Below, piece by piece: positions 30,413 to 40,210 of a stretch of 64,000 nucleotides of DNA. Position 1 is the stretch's first letter. Each line of letters starts with the position of its first letter. This DNA comes from an uncultured Acidobacteriota bacterium (GTDB lineage Bacteria > Actinomycetota > Acidimicrobiia > Spongiisociales > ZC4RG35): contig CAWHEU010000009.1 in NCBI GenBank assembly GCA_963828465.1, forward strand, positions 1 through 64,000, read 5' to 3'. Under the pieces are notes generated by a model. The model ran no database searches and was not told the origin of the DNA. It saw only the letters and a program-made list of their open reading frames with translations. Both the position numbers and the translations under genes were made by a program.

Positions 30413-31342
30413 TCAGTACCTCTGTCGGTATCGACGGACCATCCGTCCGCTTATCACGTTGAGGCCTAGCGTCAGCACGAAGAGAACGAGGCCGACGAAG
30501 AACAGTGACTGGAACGCAGCCGAATCTCCGGCAACCTGATCCGACCCGACCGCCAGATTGGCGATTGCACCCGTCATGGTGAGGCCGCCCTCGGTCGGAT
30601 TGAAATTCATAATGCCATTGAGACCGGCGGCCAGGGCCACAACCATTGTTTCGCCCACCGCCCGGGATATGCCCAGGATCACCGCGGCGATGATGCCGGA
30701 GATGGCGGCGGGAAAGACGACTCGTAACGCGGTATGCCATTGTTTGGCTCCCAGGCCGTATGAGGCCTCCCGCAACGAGCCGGGCACTGCCCGCATCGCG
30801 TCCTCAGATACCGCGGCCACCAACGGGATTGTGAGGATCCCAACGGCGATGCCGGCGGCGAGGAAGTTGGCGCTCTGTGCGCCAGGGATCAGGCCGCGCA
30901 CCACGTTCGGAGTGATGAACTGAAGGGCGAAGAAGCCAAGAACCACCGACGGGATTCCGGCCAGGATCTCCAGGGTGGGCTTGAGCACTCGGCGCACACT
31001 TGGCCTGGCGTACTCGGAGAGGTAGATCGCCGAGCCGAGGCCGAAGGGAACCGCCACCAGCATGGCGATACCAGTCACCATCAACGTGTGAACCAGCAGC
31101 GCCGCAAGGTCGAAACGGCCGCGCCGAGGGAACCAACCATTGCCCCAGAGTTGATTGAGCTCGATAGAGGTGACAAAGCCCCAGGCTTTTCCGATCAGTG
31201 CGAGCACGATTGCGACGGAGATGAGGATCGAGACCGCCGCAGCCGCAAAGAACAGGGCCTTGACCACAGCCTCACGACGCCGCCGACGGACATTGCCCGT
31301 CAGGTCGATGGGACCCTCCCGCTGTTGGTCGACTATTGCCAT
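30413..31342 (-). CDS. pstC: Phosphate ABC transporter permease
   Basis: AIYLSEYA, KPTLEILAGIPSVVLGFF, SRAVGETMVV. Confidence 0.92.
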   Translation of the reverse strand: MAIVDQQREGPIDLTGNVRRRRREAVVKALFFAAAAVSILISVAIVLALIGKAWGFVTSIELNQLWGNGWFPRRGRFDLAALLVHTLMVTGIAMLVAVPFGLGSAIYLSEYARPSVRRVLKPTLEILAGIPSVVLGFFALQFITPNVVRGLIPGAQSANFLAAGIAVGILTIPLVAAVSEDAMRAVPGSLREASYGLGAKQWHTALRVVFPAAISGIIAAVILGISRAVGETMVVALAAGLNGIMNFNPTEGGLTMTGAIANLAVGSDQVAGDSAAFQSLFFVGLVLFVLTLGLNVISGRMVRRYRQRY

Positions 31343-31364
31343 TCGTTCTTGGTGAAAGGATAGA

Positions 31365-31398
31365 GACCGGGGGCCCGGCAATCGCTGGGCCCCCGGTC
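31365..31398. terminator. Hairpin between pstS and pstC
   Basis: GACCGGGGGCCCGGC-AATC-GCTGGGCCCCCGGTC. Confidence 0.7.
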
Positions 31399-31406
31399 GG
31401 GTTCGT

Positions 31407-32510
31407 TCAGCCGCCCATCGCGCCTGTCCAGGCGGTGCGGGTGGCTTCGATGTCTTCTGCCGGCAGTGCGACGTATCCGGCATCTCCGACGGCAGCGAGA
31501 CCCTCGTCCGAGAGGTAATAGTCGACGAATGCTGTCAGCTCGGGCCGATTGGCCAGGTCAGTCGTGTTGACGTAGATGAAGAGCGGCCTCGACAGTGGAT
31601 ACTCGAAGCTGGCGATCGTCTCCGCTGTCGGACCTACGCATCCCGACTCTCCGCTGTCGACTTCGAGTGCCTTCAGCACGTCCTGATTCGCTTCGAAGAA
31701 AGCAAACCCGACCCAGCCAAGGGATGTGGGGTTCTCAGTGATTCCTTGGACGATCACGTTGTCGTTGGCAGACGCCTCGTAGTCAGCCCTGGTGAAGTCG
31801 TTGTCCTCGCCAAGGCGCTCTTCGGAGATGTCCGCGATCACCAACTCGACGAAAGTGTCGTAGGTACCCGACTCCTCACCCGGAGCGGTGATGACCAGCG
31901 GCTCTTCGGCATATGGAGCATTGGGTGCCTCGAGCTCGGCGGCCAGCTCGTTGGCATCAGACCAGTTGGCGAATCCTTCTGACTCGGGCCCGAGGAGGGC
32001 ATAGAGATCGGTGAAGGCGAGACAGCTCACTGCCTCGTTTTCAGGGCTGGTGAGAACTGTCAACCCGTCTGTGGCAATGTGCAGTTCGACATAGGAGATC
32101 CCGGAAGCCTCACACGCAGCGATCTCTTCCTCGGAGATGGGACGAGAGGCGTCGGAGATGTCGGTCTCGCCGGCGCAGAACCGGGCGAATCCATCACCAG
32201 TGCCGGGGCCTTCGACGGAGGTGGCGACGCCGGGATTCGCTGCATCGAACGCCTCCCCGACTCTCGCCGTGATCGGCTCCACGGTGGACGACCCGGACAC
32301 GACAACGCTGCCTGAGAGATCGCCGCCGGCTCCGCCCTCGGCTGAAGTCGCTGGCTCCTCGGTGGCCGCGGTGGTGTCCGGTGCTGCTTCTGTGGTCTCA
32401 GACGCAGCCCCGGATGTGGTCGTGTCGCCTGATCCGTCGCCGCCGCAGGCGGCGAGGACGAGGGCAAGGGCCCCAAGCAGGGCCAAGAGACGGATGGTTC
32501 GGGATTTCAT
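31407..32510 (-). CDS. pstS: Phosphate ABC transporter substrate-binding lipoprotein
   Basis: Lipobox LAAC; SGSSTVEP, GTGDGF..FCAGETDISDASR, SGTYDTF, YPLSRPLFIYV. Confidence 0.93.
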   Translation of the reverse strand: MKSRTIRLLALLGALALVLAACGGDGSGDTTTSGAASETTEAAPDTTAATEEPATSAEGGAGGDLSGSVVVSGSSTVEPITARVGEAFDAANPGVATSVEGPGTGDGFARFCAGETDISDASRPISEEEIAACEASGISYVELHIATDGLTVLTSPENEAVSCLAFTDLYALLGPESEGFANWSDANELAAELEAPNAPYAEEPLVITAPGEESGTYDTFVELVIADISEERLGEDNDFTRADYEASANDNVIVQGITENPTSLGWVGFAFFEANQDVLKALEVDSGESGCVGPTAETIASFEYPLSRPLFIYVNTTDLANRPELTAFVDYYLSDEGLAAVGDAGYVALPAEDIEATRTAWTGAMGG

Positions 32511-32611
32511 CCCTTTTTGCTCCTTTTTCGTGGGAACGTTCCCCAATCGAGGCCGCGGGTCACCCCACCGCCGAGGTGAACGTATGGGGTGTCGTTTACC
32601 GGGCGTTTGCT

Positions 32612-32633
32612 TGCAGGTGAACGAGCGATGAAC
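32612..32633 (-). promoter_or_regulatory. PHO box (two 11-nt direct repeats) upstream of pstS
   Basis: Minus strand GTTCATCGCTC GTTCACCTGCA; a further GTTCACC at 32575-32581. Confidence 0.75.
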
Positions 32634-32795
32634 GTTGTGCAGGGGGCCTACGCACGGCCTGGCGAGGTGGTGGTTAGTCAAGAAGTGGTCGATGCCGTCA
32701 CCGACGACAACCTCGGGTTCTCAGAAATCGGGCCCGTCGAGTTGAAGGGGGTCTCGGGCCCCCAGCACCTCTACAGTGCCCGGAATCAGCCCTAG
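32628..32795 (+). pseudogene. C-terminal remnant of a class III adenylate/guanylate cyclase
   Basis: AYARPGEVVVSQEVVDA..FSEIGPVELKGVSG matches the cyclase C-terminal pattern; the catalytic N-terminal part is absent. Confidence 0.65.
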
Positions 32796-34843
32796 AGGAC
32801 GGCCGATGCCCGGGCCCGGGCCAATTCCTGCAAGGCGATGTGGGCATCTACACCTGCAGAGGGCGAGACACGCTCCCAGGTGCCATCGGAGTGCAGGGCC
32901 CATGCCAGGTTGTCATCTGCGAGGAGGACATCCAGCACCTCGTCGACCCGGAACTGGAGATCAGGGTCGGTGATAGGAGCCAGGGCCTCCACACGGCGGT
33001 CGAGGTTTCGTGGCATCAGGTCGGCTGAGCCGATGTAGTAATGACGGGTGCGTCCCCTGGACCCGAAGCGATAGATCCGGGAGTGCTCGAGATACCTGCC
33101 TACCAGTGACCTGACCCGGATGTTCTCTGACATCCCTTCCACTCCGGGGCGAAGACAACAGATCCCTCGCACGATCAGATCGATGCGAGTGCCGGCCTGG
33201 GAAGCGGCGTAGAGAGACTCGATCATCGAGGCGTCGACCAGGGAATTCATCTTCAACGTGATGTGCCCGTCGGAGCGGGACGCCTCGTCTTCGATCAACT
33301 CGGTAAGCCGGCTTCGGATCCCGGTCGGCGACACCGCCAGCCGCTTGTACGTGGTCTGACGGGAATATCCGGTCAGATAGTTGAAGAGATCGGAGAGGTC
33401 GGCGCCGATCTCGGGGTCGGCGGTGAACATCCCGACGTCCTCGTATGTCCGGGCCGTCTTCTCGTTGTAGTTCCCGGTGCCGATATGGGCATAGCGCACC
33501 ACTCCGACGCCCTCGCGCCGAACCACGAGGGCGAGCTTGGTGTGGGTCTTGAGCCCAACCACGCCGTAGGTGACGTGGACTCCCGAGTCTTCGAGTCGCT
33601 GGGCCCACTCGATGTTGCGCTCCTCGTCGAATCGTGCCTTCAGCTCGACGAGTGCCGCCACCTGTTTGCCGTTCTCCGCCGCCTTGATCAATGAGGCCAT
33701 GATCGGGCTGTCGCTCGACGTTCGGTACAGGGTCACCTTGATCGCCAGCACCTTCGGATCACGAGCTGCACGCTCCAGGAACGGTTCGACCGAGGAGCTG
33801 AACGAGTCGTAGGGATGATGAGTCAGCAGATCGCCCTGTTTGATCACGTGGAACATGTCGACGTGCTCACCAGGAGAGCTGCCCAATCGCGCCGGGGTGA
33901 CTCCGGCAAAGACCTCGAATTTCAACTCGGGTCGCTCCAGGTCGAAGAGCCCCATCAGTCCGGCAAGGTCTAGGGGGCCGTCGATGTGATAGACATCGTC
34001 TTCAGAGGCCCCCATCTCCCGCATCAGCAGGTCGAGGACCTCGTCGGGCATGTCAGGATGGACCTCGAGCCGAACGACGCTCCCGAAGCGTCGCTGGGTG
34101 AGCTCCGACTCGAGGGCCATGAGCAGATCGCCGCCTTCGTCCTCCTCGATCTCGATGTCGGCATTGCGCGTGACACGGAACGCGTCCTGCCCGAGGACCT
34201 CCATCCCTGGGAAGAGTGCGGTCATGTGGGCCTCGATCACCTGCTCGAGTGGGACGAATCGCTCCAAGTCGGGAAGCACGACGAATCGAGGCAGGATCGG
34301 CGGAATCTTGACCCGAGCAAACCTGGTCAAGCCCGTCTCCGGGTGTCTGACCACCACCGCCATGTTGAGCGAGAGATTCGATATGTAGGGGAACGGGTGT
34401 GATGGATCGACCGCCAGGGGGGTCAGCACCGGGTACACGAGCTCGCGGAACTGGTGGTCGAGGTACTCCTTGTCATCCGGATCGAGGGTCGAGTAGTCGC
34501 TGAAAACGATGCCCTCGTTGGCCAGCGCCGGGGCGACCTCGGAGAGGAACTGCTTGGAGATGGCCTCGTATTGGACCTCCACCTCGCTTCGGATCGCCGC
34601 CAGCTGCTGACTTGGCGTGATCCCGTCCGGTGGCGTCAGCCCGACCCCGTGAGCAACCTGCTCCTTGAGACCAGCAACCCTCACTTGGAAAAACTCGTCC
34701 AGGTTCGAGGCCCAAATCGCCAGGAACTTCACCTGTTCGAGCAAGGGGAAATCGGGCCGGCCCGCCAGGGACAGAACCCGTCGGTTGAACCCGAGCCACG
34801 AGAGCTCACGGTTCAGGAAATGGTCTGGGTTGAAAGCTTCCAT
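32792..34843 (-). CDS. ppk1: Polyphosphate kinase 1
   Basis: NRELSWLGFNRRVL, SNLDEFFQVRVAGL, HHPYDSF, LKTHTK, RYLEHSRI, SADLMPRNLDRRVE. Confidence 0.97.
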   Translation of the reverse strand: MEAFNPDHFLNRELSWLGFNRRVLSLAGRPDFPLLEQVKFLAIWASNLDEFFQVRVAGLKEQVAHGVGLTPPDGITPSQQLAAIRSEVEVQYEAISKQFLSEVAPALANEGIVFSDYSTLDPDDKEYLDHQFRELVYPVLTPLAVDPSHPFPYISNLSLNMAVVVRHPETGLTRFARVKIPPILPRFVVLPDLERFVPLEQVIEAHMTALFPGMEVLGQDAFRVTRNADIEIEEDEGGDLLMALESELTQRRFGSVVRLEVHPDMPDEVLDLLMREMGASEDDVYHIDGPLDLAGLMGLFDLERPELKFEVFAGVTPARLGSSPGEHVDMFHVIKQGDLLTHHPYDSFSSSVEPFLERAARDPKVLAIKVTLYRTSSDSPIMASLIKAAENGKQVAALVELKARFDEERNIEWAQRLEDSGVHVTYGVVGLKTHTKLALVVRREGVGVVRYAHIGTGNYNEKTARTYEDVGMFTADPEIGADLSDLFNYLTGYSRQTTYKRLAVSPTGIRSRLTELIEDEASRSDGHITLKMNSLVDASMIESLYAASQAGTRIDLIVRGICCLRPGVEGMSENIRVRSLVGRYLEHSRIYRFGSRGRTRHYYIGSADLMPRNLDRRVEALAPITDPDLQFRVDEVLDVLLADDNLAWALHSDGTWERVSPSAGVDAHIALQELARARASAVL

Positions 34844-34865
34844 CTCTTGCTCACTGTTTAGAGCA

Positions 34866-34887
34866 TCTGGATTACCAATTGGTTAAC
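34866..34887 (-). promoter_or_regulatory. Possible degenerate PHO box upstream of ppk1
   Basis: Minus strand GTTAACCAATT GGTAATCCAGA, 11-nt spacing. Confidence 0.4.
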
Positions 34888-35497
34888 GGTCGAGACGAAG
34901 ACCACCTAAGAGAAACTGTCGCAGGTGGCTCGTCACCGTCTGAGTGTGCTGCTGCGGATCGGGGGCGGATATCACCGATTTGGCCGCTGACATGATGGTG
35001 TCCTGGATGAGCCGTCCGGCGAGCTCGGCAGGCATCGACCGAAACTCCCCTGCCGCCACGCCCTCGTAATAGAGACCGATCATGGCCTCGGCCAGATGCG
35101 AGTGCGCGGCCCGGATCCTTTGCTGGGCCTCCAAACCCATGCGCCCGACCTCACGGTGGAGGATCAGACCGAACACGGGGTCACCGGCGACGAACTCGAC
35201 GGTTCGCGCCGCGAGATCGGCCAGTCGCTCGCCGGCAGTCCCGGATCGGGAGCTCGTAGTGATGAGATCGTCGATCACCCCGGGCAACTCTGCCTCGACC
35301 ATGGTGGCGATCAAGTCGTCCCTGTCGACGAAGTAGTCGTAAAGGGTGGTCCGGCCCACCCCGGACGCGAGGGCGATCTCTCCCAACGGGATCTCGGCCG
35401 TGCCGGCGTCGGCGATCAGAGACTTTGCCGATGTCAGAAGGGAGGCGCGGGTCAGGGCCTTGTGCTCGTCGATCGAGGTCGCACGGATGCGGGGCAT
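34883..35497 (-). CDS. TetR family transcriptional regulator
   Basis: MPRIRATSIDEH, EIALASGVGRTTLYDYFVDRDDL. Confidence 0.9.
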   Translation of the reverse strand: MPRIRATSIDEHKALTRASLLTSAKSLIADAGTAEIPLGEIALASGVGRTTLYDYFVDRDDLIATMVEAELPGVIDDLITTSSRSGTAGERLADLAARTVEFVAGDPVFGLILHREVGRMGLEAQQRIRAAHSHLAEAMIGLYYEGVAAGEFRSMPAELAGRLIQDTIMSAAKSVISAPDPQQHTQTVTSHLRQFLLGGLRLDR

Positions 35498-35563
35498 GGG
35501 GAGAGCGTATCCGGGTTGTGAAGGAAGGACACTTGTAGATTCTCCGGCGGACAGGAGGACACG

Positions 35564-36599
35564 ATGGGTAACGATCAAGGGAACGCAGAGACGGTCCGGG
35601 TGCGGAAGCAAGCCCGACCCTGGACCGGCTTCTTTCTGGGGCTCCTCCTCGGGCTCGCTGTGGCTGTGCTCATCCAACAGGCCGGAGTGTGGCCGTTGGA
35701 CAGACTCCTCCTGTACGGGTCGGCCGGTGTCTTCGCCTTGATCGGGATCTTGATGAGTGGGGCGGGGAGGGAGCGGGCCGGAGCTTTCGCCAGCGTCGTG
35801 CCTCTCATCCTGGCCGTAGCTCTGATCGGATGGGGGGCAACAGGGATTGCCGAGGTCAACGAGAGCGGCCAGATCAACGGTGGATGTGCGGTGCAGGCCG
35901 AGTCTTCCGTCGACAGCACGACGGTCACCGACACCAGCCGACAGGACCCGTTCCAGGTCGACCCCGAAGGGAGCCTCTCCTGGTCGGCCACATCACCTGC
36001 ACCGATCACCAACCATCTCTGGGAGATCTATGTGGATGTCGGCGGCTTCCCCCTCGTTGTGGCATCCAATGACGAGCCCGAGCCGAATACCGACGACGAC
36101 ACCGAGAACACGGGTGACGTCGCCGACATATCCGCCTACATCGCCGAGGTGTCGAATTTCACGGGTCTCGAGCTCGACGGGGTCTTCGAAGTCGGTGGTG
36201 GCATCGAAGGAGAAGGTGGCGCCTGTGATGGCTTCGGATTCGTCGAGCTGACCGCTGACCCGCTGACAACCCTGCTGTCTCAGATTGCGGCCGGAGTCGG
36301 ATTGCTGGCTTTGATCAGCTTGCTCGTCCTCGCCTTCAGCCGGACCCGCGAGGCCGGGGTCGTGCCGGAGCAGCCCGTAGTCGATGACGAGGTCTCATCC
36401 GACGAGTTCGACGAGTCCTTCGCCGTCCACGGAGGCAGACGAGACCACTGCCGCGGCAGCAGCCGGCGCTGACGCCGGCGCGGCAACCGGCGGCGCACAC
36501 ATCCGTCCGGAGGAGGCCGAACCCGATGTCGCGCCGGAGCCGCCCGAGGAGTCGGTTGAAGCCGAGAAGCCGGAGTCCGACACGGGGGACGATTCCTGA
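35564..36599 (+). CDS. Hypothetical membrane protein with an acidic extracytoplasmic domain and acidic tail; probable frameshift near 36415-36425
   Basis: Three N-terminal TMs, Cys pair, C-terminal TM; the acidic tail continues in frame 36384..36599. Confidence 0.65.
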
Positions 36600-36649
36600 C
36601 GAGAAATCGTCGTCTTGGCAAACAAGGGGATCAACGCGAAACTTGCGCT

Positions 36650-36934
36650 ATGAGCACAGGCCCAGTGCAGCTGACAACAGAGCTGGCGGCCGAGTGGAGA
36701 GAGCGCGCCGCATGTTCCGGCTACCGCCACACTCTGTTCTTCCCGGTCGGTGACACGGACGCCGCCGCCATCGATCGGGCCCTCGAGATTTGCCTGGGTT
36801 GCGCCGTGATCGACGACTGCCTCGAGTACGCCCTGGAGACAAACCAAAGGGCAGGGATCTGGGGCGGCACGACCGAGGACGAGCGTCGCTCGTTGAGGCG
36901 GAAGTGGTTGGCCACGCGTCGTCGCGTCGGCTGA
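36650..36934 (+). CDS. WhiB family Fe-S transcriptional regulator (WhiB1-like)
   Basis: WRERAAC..LFFP..ICLGCAVIDDCLEYAL..GIWGGTTEDERR. Confidence 0.93.
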   Translation: MSTGPVQLTTELAAEWRERAACSGYRHTLFFPVGDTDAAAIDRALEICLGCAVIDDCLEYALETNQRAGIWGGTTEDERRSLRRKWLATRRRVG

Positions 36935-36982
36935 CACGCTGAGGACCCGAAGCTGAACGGCACGAAAAGGGCCATCCTCGGC

Positions 36983-38119
36983 GTGGCCCTCCTGTTCTTC
37001 GTCAACGGGGTGGTAGTCGGCAGCTGGCTCCCCCGCCTTCCCGAGTTGAGGGACCGGCTCGGGATCGACTTGAGCGCCCTCGGCCTCACTCTGGCCCTCG
37101 GCGGGCTTGGGTCTCTGATCGGCTCATCTCTGAGCGGTCTCGTCGTGGGACGCTTCGGTGCTCGACGAACGGCCGTGATCGCCGGTGCAGTGGTCTATCT
37201 CGCTCTCCCACTCATTGCTGTCGCGCCCGAGGCGCTGGTGCTCGCGCTGATTCTTGCGATCATCGGCTTCATCGACGCCCAAGCGGACGTGGGTATGAAC
37301 GCCGTCGGGGTCCGGGTCGAGGAGGCCGTGGGCCGGTCGGTGATGACGAGGCTGCATGGCTTGTGGAGCTTGGGCACACTTATCGGCTCGGGCTTCAGCG
37401 CGCTGGCGGTCCTGGTTGGGATCGACTTGGGAATCCAGCTTCTAATCGTCTCTGCGATCGGTCTGGGTACGGCCCTGTACGCCGCACGCCTGATCCCGGA
37501 AACCGCTCCCCGTCGTCGCGAGGGAGAGCGGTCCGGCCGTCTCGCCTTCGGACTGATGCTCGCCGGCGCCTTTGCCGTGTTCATTGAAAGCGCGCCATTC
37601 GACTGGAGCGCTCTCTTTCTCGTCGACATCACCGGGACCGGGGAGGCCCTGGCGGGAACGGGTTTCATCGTCTTCACCGGGGGGATGCTGATCGGCCGCC
37701 TCGCCGGCGATCACGTGGTCGATCGATTCGGGGCGATTCCGACGCTGTACTCCGGCATCGTCGTCTCGGTGTTCGCTTGCTTCTTTGTGGTTGGGCTCCA
37801 GACAGTGGTGACGTCATTGATCGGCTTCGCCGTCTGGGGACTGGGCATCTCGGTCGCACTGCCAGTGCTGTACAAGCTGGCCGGATCACATCGCTCTTTT
37901 GGAGAGGGTTCGGGTCTGGCCGCTCTCACCGTCGGAACCCGTCTCGGGTTCATGGTCGCCCCAGCGCTGATCGGCGTCGCCGCCACCGCTTGGACCCTGC
38001 CGGTCGCATTGGGCGTGATCGTCACGCTCGCTGCGGTCGCCACGCTTCTCGCCGTCCGACTCACCATCGGCAGACCTATCCCGGTGGGGGATTCCCTTCC
38101 CGGGGATGGGGTCTCATAA
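36983..38119 (+). CDS. MFS transporter (start may be slightly further upstream)
   Basis: GSWLPRLPELRDRLG, DVGMNA, LHGLWSLG, DWSALFL, GRLAGDHVVDRFG. Confidence 0.88.
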   Translation: MALLFFVNGVVVGSWLPRLPELRDRLGIDLSALGLTLALGGLGSLIGSSLSGLVVGRFGARRTAVIAGAVVYLALPLIAVAPEALVLALILAIIGFIDAQADVGMNAVGVRVEEAVGRSVMTRLHGLWSLGTLIGSGFSALAVLVGIDLGIQLLIVSAIGLGTALYAARLIPETAPRRREGERSGRLAFGLMLAGAFAVFIESAPFDWSALFLVDITGTGEALAGTGFIVFTGGMLIGRLAGDHVVDRFGAIPTLYSGIVVSVFACFFVVGLQTVVTSLIGFAVWGLGISVALPVLYKLAGSHRSFGEGSGLAALTVGTRLGFMVAPALIGVAATAWTLPVALGVIVTLAAVATLLAVRLTIGRPIPVGDSLPGDGVS

Positions 38120-38147
38120 TGTGTGCTCAACCGATCCGGGAAATGGC

Positions 38148-39473
38148 GTGAACAAGCAGGCCGAATATGTCATGCGGACCGTCGAGGAGCGTGGGATCAG
38201 ATTCATCAGGCTCTGGTTCACCGACGTCCAAGGCTTCCTCAAGTCGGTTTCGATCAGCCCGGCCGAGCTCGAGGTTGCGTTCGAGGAGGGAATGACCTTC
38301 GACGGATCGGCCATCGACGGGTATGCCCGGATCCAGGAAGCCGACATGCTGGCCCGACCCGACCCGTCGACCTTTGGGGTGCTCCCCTGGCGCACCGAAC
38401 AGCAGGTGGCTCGGATGTTCTGTGACATCGCCACACCCGATGGCGAGCCTTTCTCGGGGGACCCCCGCATCGTCCTCAAGCGGAACCTCGGCCGCGCCTC
38501 GGAGATGGGATACAACTTCTACGCAGCGCCGGAGCTCGAGTTCTTCTACTTCAGGGACTCAGGTCCGGAGCCAGAGGTGCTCGACCACGGGGGCTATTTC
38601 GACATGACTCCGCTCGACGTCGCCCAGGACTACCGGAGAGACACGATCAATGCGCTGGAGCAGATGGGCATCCCGATCGAGCATTCCCATCACGAGGTGG
38701 CGCCCAGCCAGCACGAGATCATCGCCCGCTACACCGATGCGCTGACGATGGCCGACACCATCATGACCTCCCGCCTGACGGTCAAGGAAGTGGCCCTGAA
38801 GCACGGGATCTACGCCACGTTCATGCCGAAGCCGCTCGAGGACCACGACGGCTCGGGCATGCACCTGCATCTGTCCCTCTTCGAGGATGATGTAAACGCC
38901 TTCCACGAGCCGGGGACGCCAGGCGGCCTGTCGAAGATCGGCCAAGCGTTCATCTCAGGCATCCTCCGCCACGCCTCAGAGATGACCGCGATCACGAACC
39001 AATGGGTCAATTCCTACAAACGGCTGGTCGACGGTTTCGACGCACCCATCTACATCTCCTGGGCCCGCAACAACCAATCGGCTCTGGTGAGGGTTCCGAC
39101 GGTGAAGAAGGGCAAGCCATCGAGTGTCCGGGTCGAGTATCGGGCCGCCGATGCCGCCTGCAACCCCTACCTGACACTTTCGGTGATCCTCGCTGCAGGG
39201 TTGGCGGGTATCAGGGAGGGATACGAGCTGCCACCCGAGATCTCGGCCAACATCCATCTCATGACGCCGTCCGAACGCGCCGCGGCCGGGGCGAAGCGCC
39301 TCCCCGAGACGTTGTCCGAAGCTCTCGACCTCATGGAAGGGTCGGAGCTGATCGCAGAGGCGCTCGGTGAGCATGTCTTCGACTGGTTCCTCCGAAACAA
39401 GCGCAAGGAGTGGGACCGCTACCAACACCACGTCTCGCGCTTCGAGCTAGAGAGCTATCTGCCGGTCCTGTGA
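38148..39473 (+). CDS. glnA: Glutamine synthetase type I (GlnA2-like)
   Basis: IRLWFTDVQG, FDGSAIDG, HHEVAPSQHE, TFMPKP..GSGMH, NSYKRL, RVEYRAADAACNPYL. Confidence 0.93.
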   Translation: MNKQAEYVMRTVEERGIRFIRLWFTDVQGFLKSVSISPAELEVAFEEGMTFDGSAIDGYARIQEADMLARPDPSTFGVLPWRTEQQVARMFCDIATPDGEPFSGDPRIVLKRNLGRASEMGYNFYAAPELEFFYFRDSGPEPEVLDHGGYFDMTPLDVAQDYRRDTINALEQMGIPIEHSHHEVAPSQHEIIARYTDALTMADTIMTSRLTVKEVALKHGIYATFMPKPLEDHDGSGMHLHLSLFEDDVNAFHEPGTPGGLSKIGQAFISGILRHASEMTAITNQWVNSYKRLVDGFDAPIYISWARNNQSALVRVPTVKKGKPSSVRVEYRAADAACNPYLTLSVILAAGLAGIREGYELPPEISANIHLMTPSERAAAGAKRLPETLSEALDLMEGSELIAEALGEHVFDWFLRNKRKEWDRYQHHVSRFELESYLPVL

Positions 39474-39483
39474 ATCCCGCCCC

Positions 39484-40119
39484 GTGAACGTCGCCATCCA
39501 CCCACCCGATTGCTCGGAGAGCATCCTCGATGGGTTGCTCCTGGCCGGGGCGACCCATGTCGCGGCCCCCGAGCTGGTGCCCGAGGAACGTGTGATCAAT
39601 GACGCCGACATCCTCTTGGTCGAGCTCGGCGACCAACCGATCCGGCGTCTGCGGGAGGTGACCCGGATCGTGGAAGAGATCGGGCTCCCCATCATCCTCG
39701 CCATCTCCCTCGACCAACTCGCCCTCGTCGATTCCACGAGCGGCATCTCCGACTTCATCACGGCCCCGGTCGACCCGCTCGAGCTCAGGTTGCGCGTCCA
39801 GCGGCTGGACAAGGAAGAGCAGACTGACGATCTGGTCGTGTTCAAGGACCTCGAGTTGAACACCCTCAATTACCAAGCAACGCTCGCCTCCAAGCCGATC
39901 GACCTCACCTTCATGGAGTACGAGCTGCTTCGATTCCTGGTCGGGAATCCGATCCGTGTCTGGTCCAGGGAACAGCTTCTCTCCAAGGTCTGGGGTTACG
40001 ACTACTACGGCGGCGCCCGCACCGTCGATGTCCATATCCGCCGTCTCCGCTCCAAGCTCGGCGAGGAGCGCGCCTCCTGGATCACGACCGTGCGTTCGGT
40101 GGGGTACCGCTTCGGGTAG
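39484..40119 (+). CDS. glnR: GlnR-like orphan response regulator
   Basis: DLTFMEYELL..VWGYDYYGGARTVDVHIRRLRSKLG..TVRSVGYRF; degenerate receiver; directly after glnA. Confidence 0.75.
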   Translation: MNVAIHPPDCSESILDGLLLAGATHVAAPELVPEERVINDADILLVELGDQPIRRLREVTRIVEEIGLPIILAISLDQLALVDSTSGISDFITAPVDPLELRLRVQRLDKEEQTDDLVVFKDLELNTLNYQATLASKPIDLTFMEYELLRFLVGNPIRVWSREQLLSKVWGYDYYGGARTVDVHIRRLRSKLGEERASWITTVRSVGYRFG

Positions 40120-40126
40120 GACCGCA

Positions 40127-40177
40127 GCGAAGCTCAGCTTCTCCGACCCGGATATGGGTCCAGTCGTCTCAGGTTCG
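40127..40177 (+). repeat. 51-bp palindromic dispersed repeat, copy 1
   Basis: GCGAAGCTCAGCTTCTCCGACCCGGATATGGGTCCAGTCGTCTCAGGTTCG; 40/51 ungapped identity to the reverse complement of 49987-50037. Confidence 0.8.
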
Positions 40178-40210
40178 CCCCAACCAGCGTCGACCGACCA
40201 CAATTGACAC

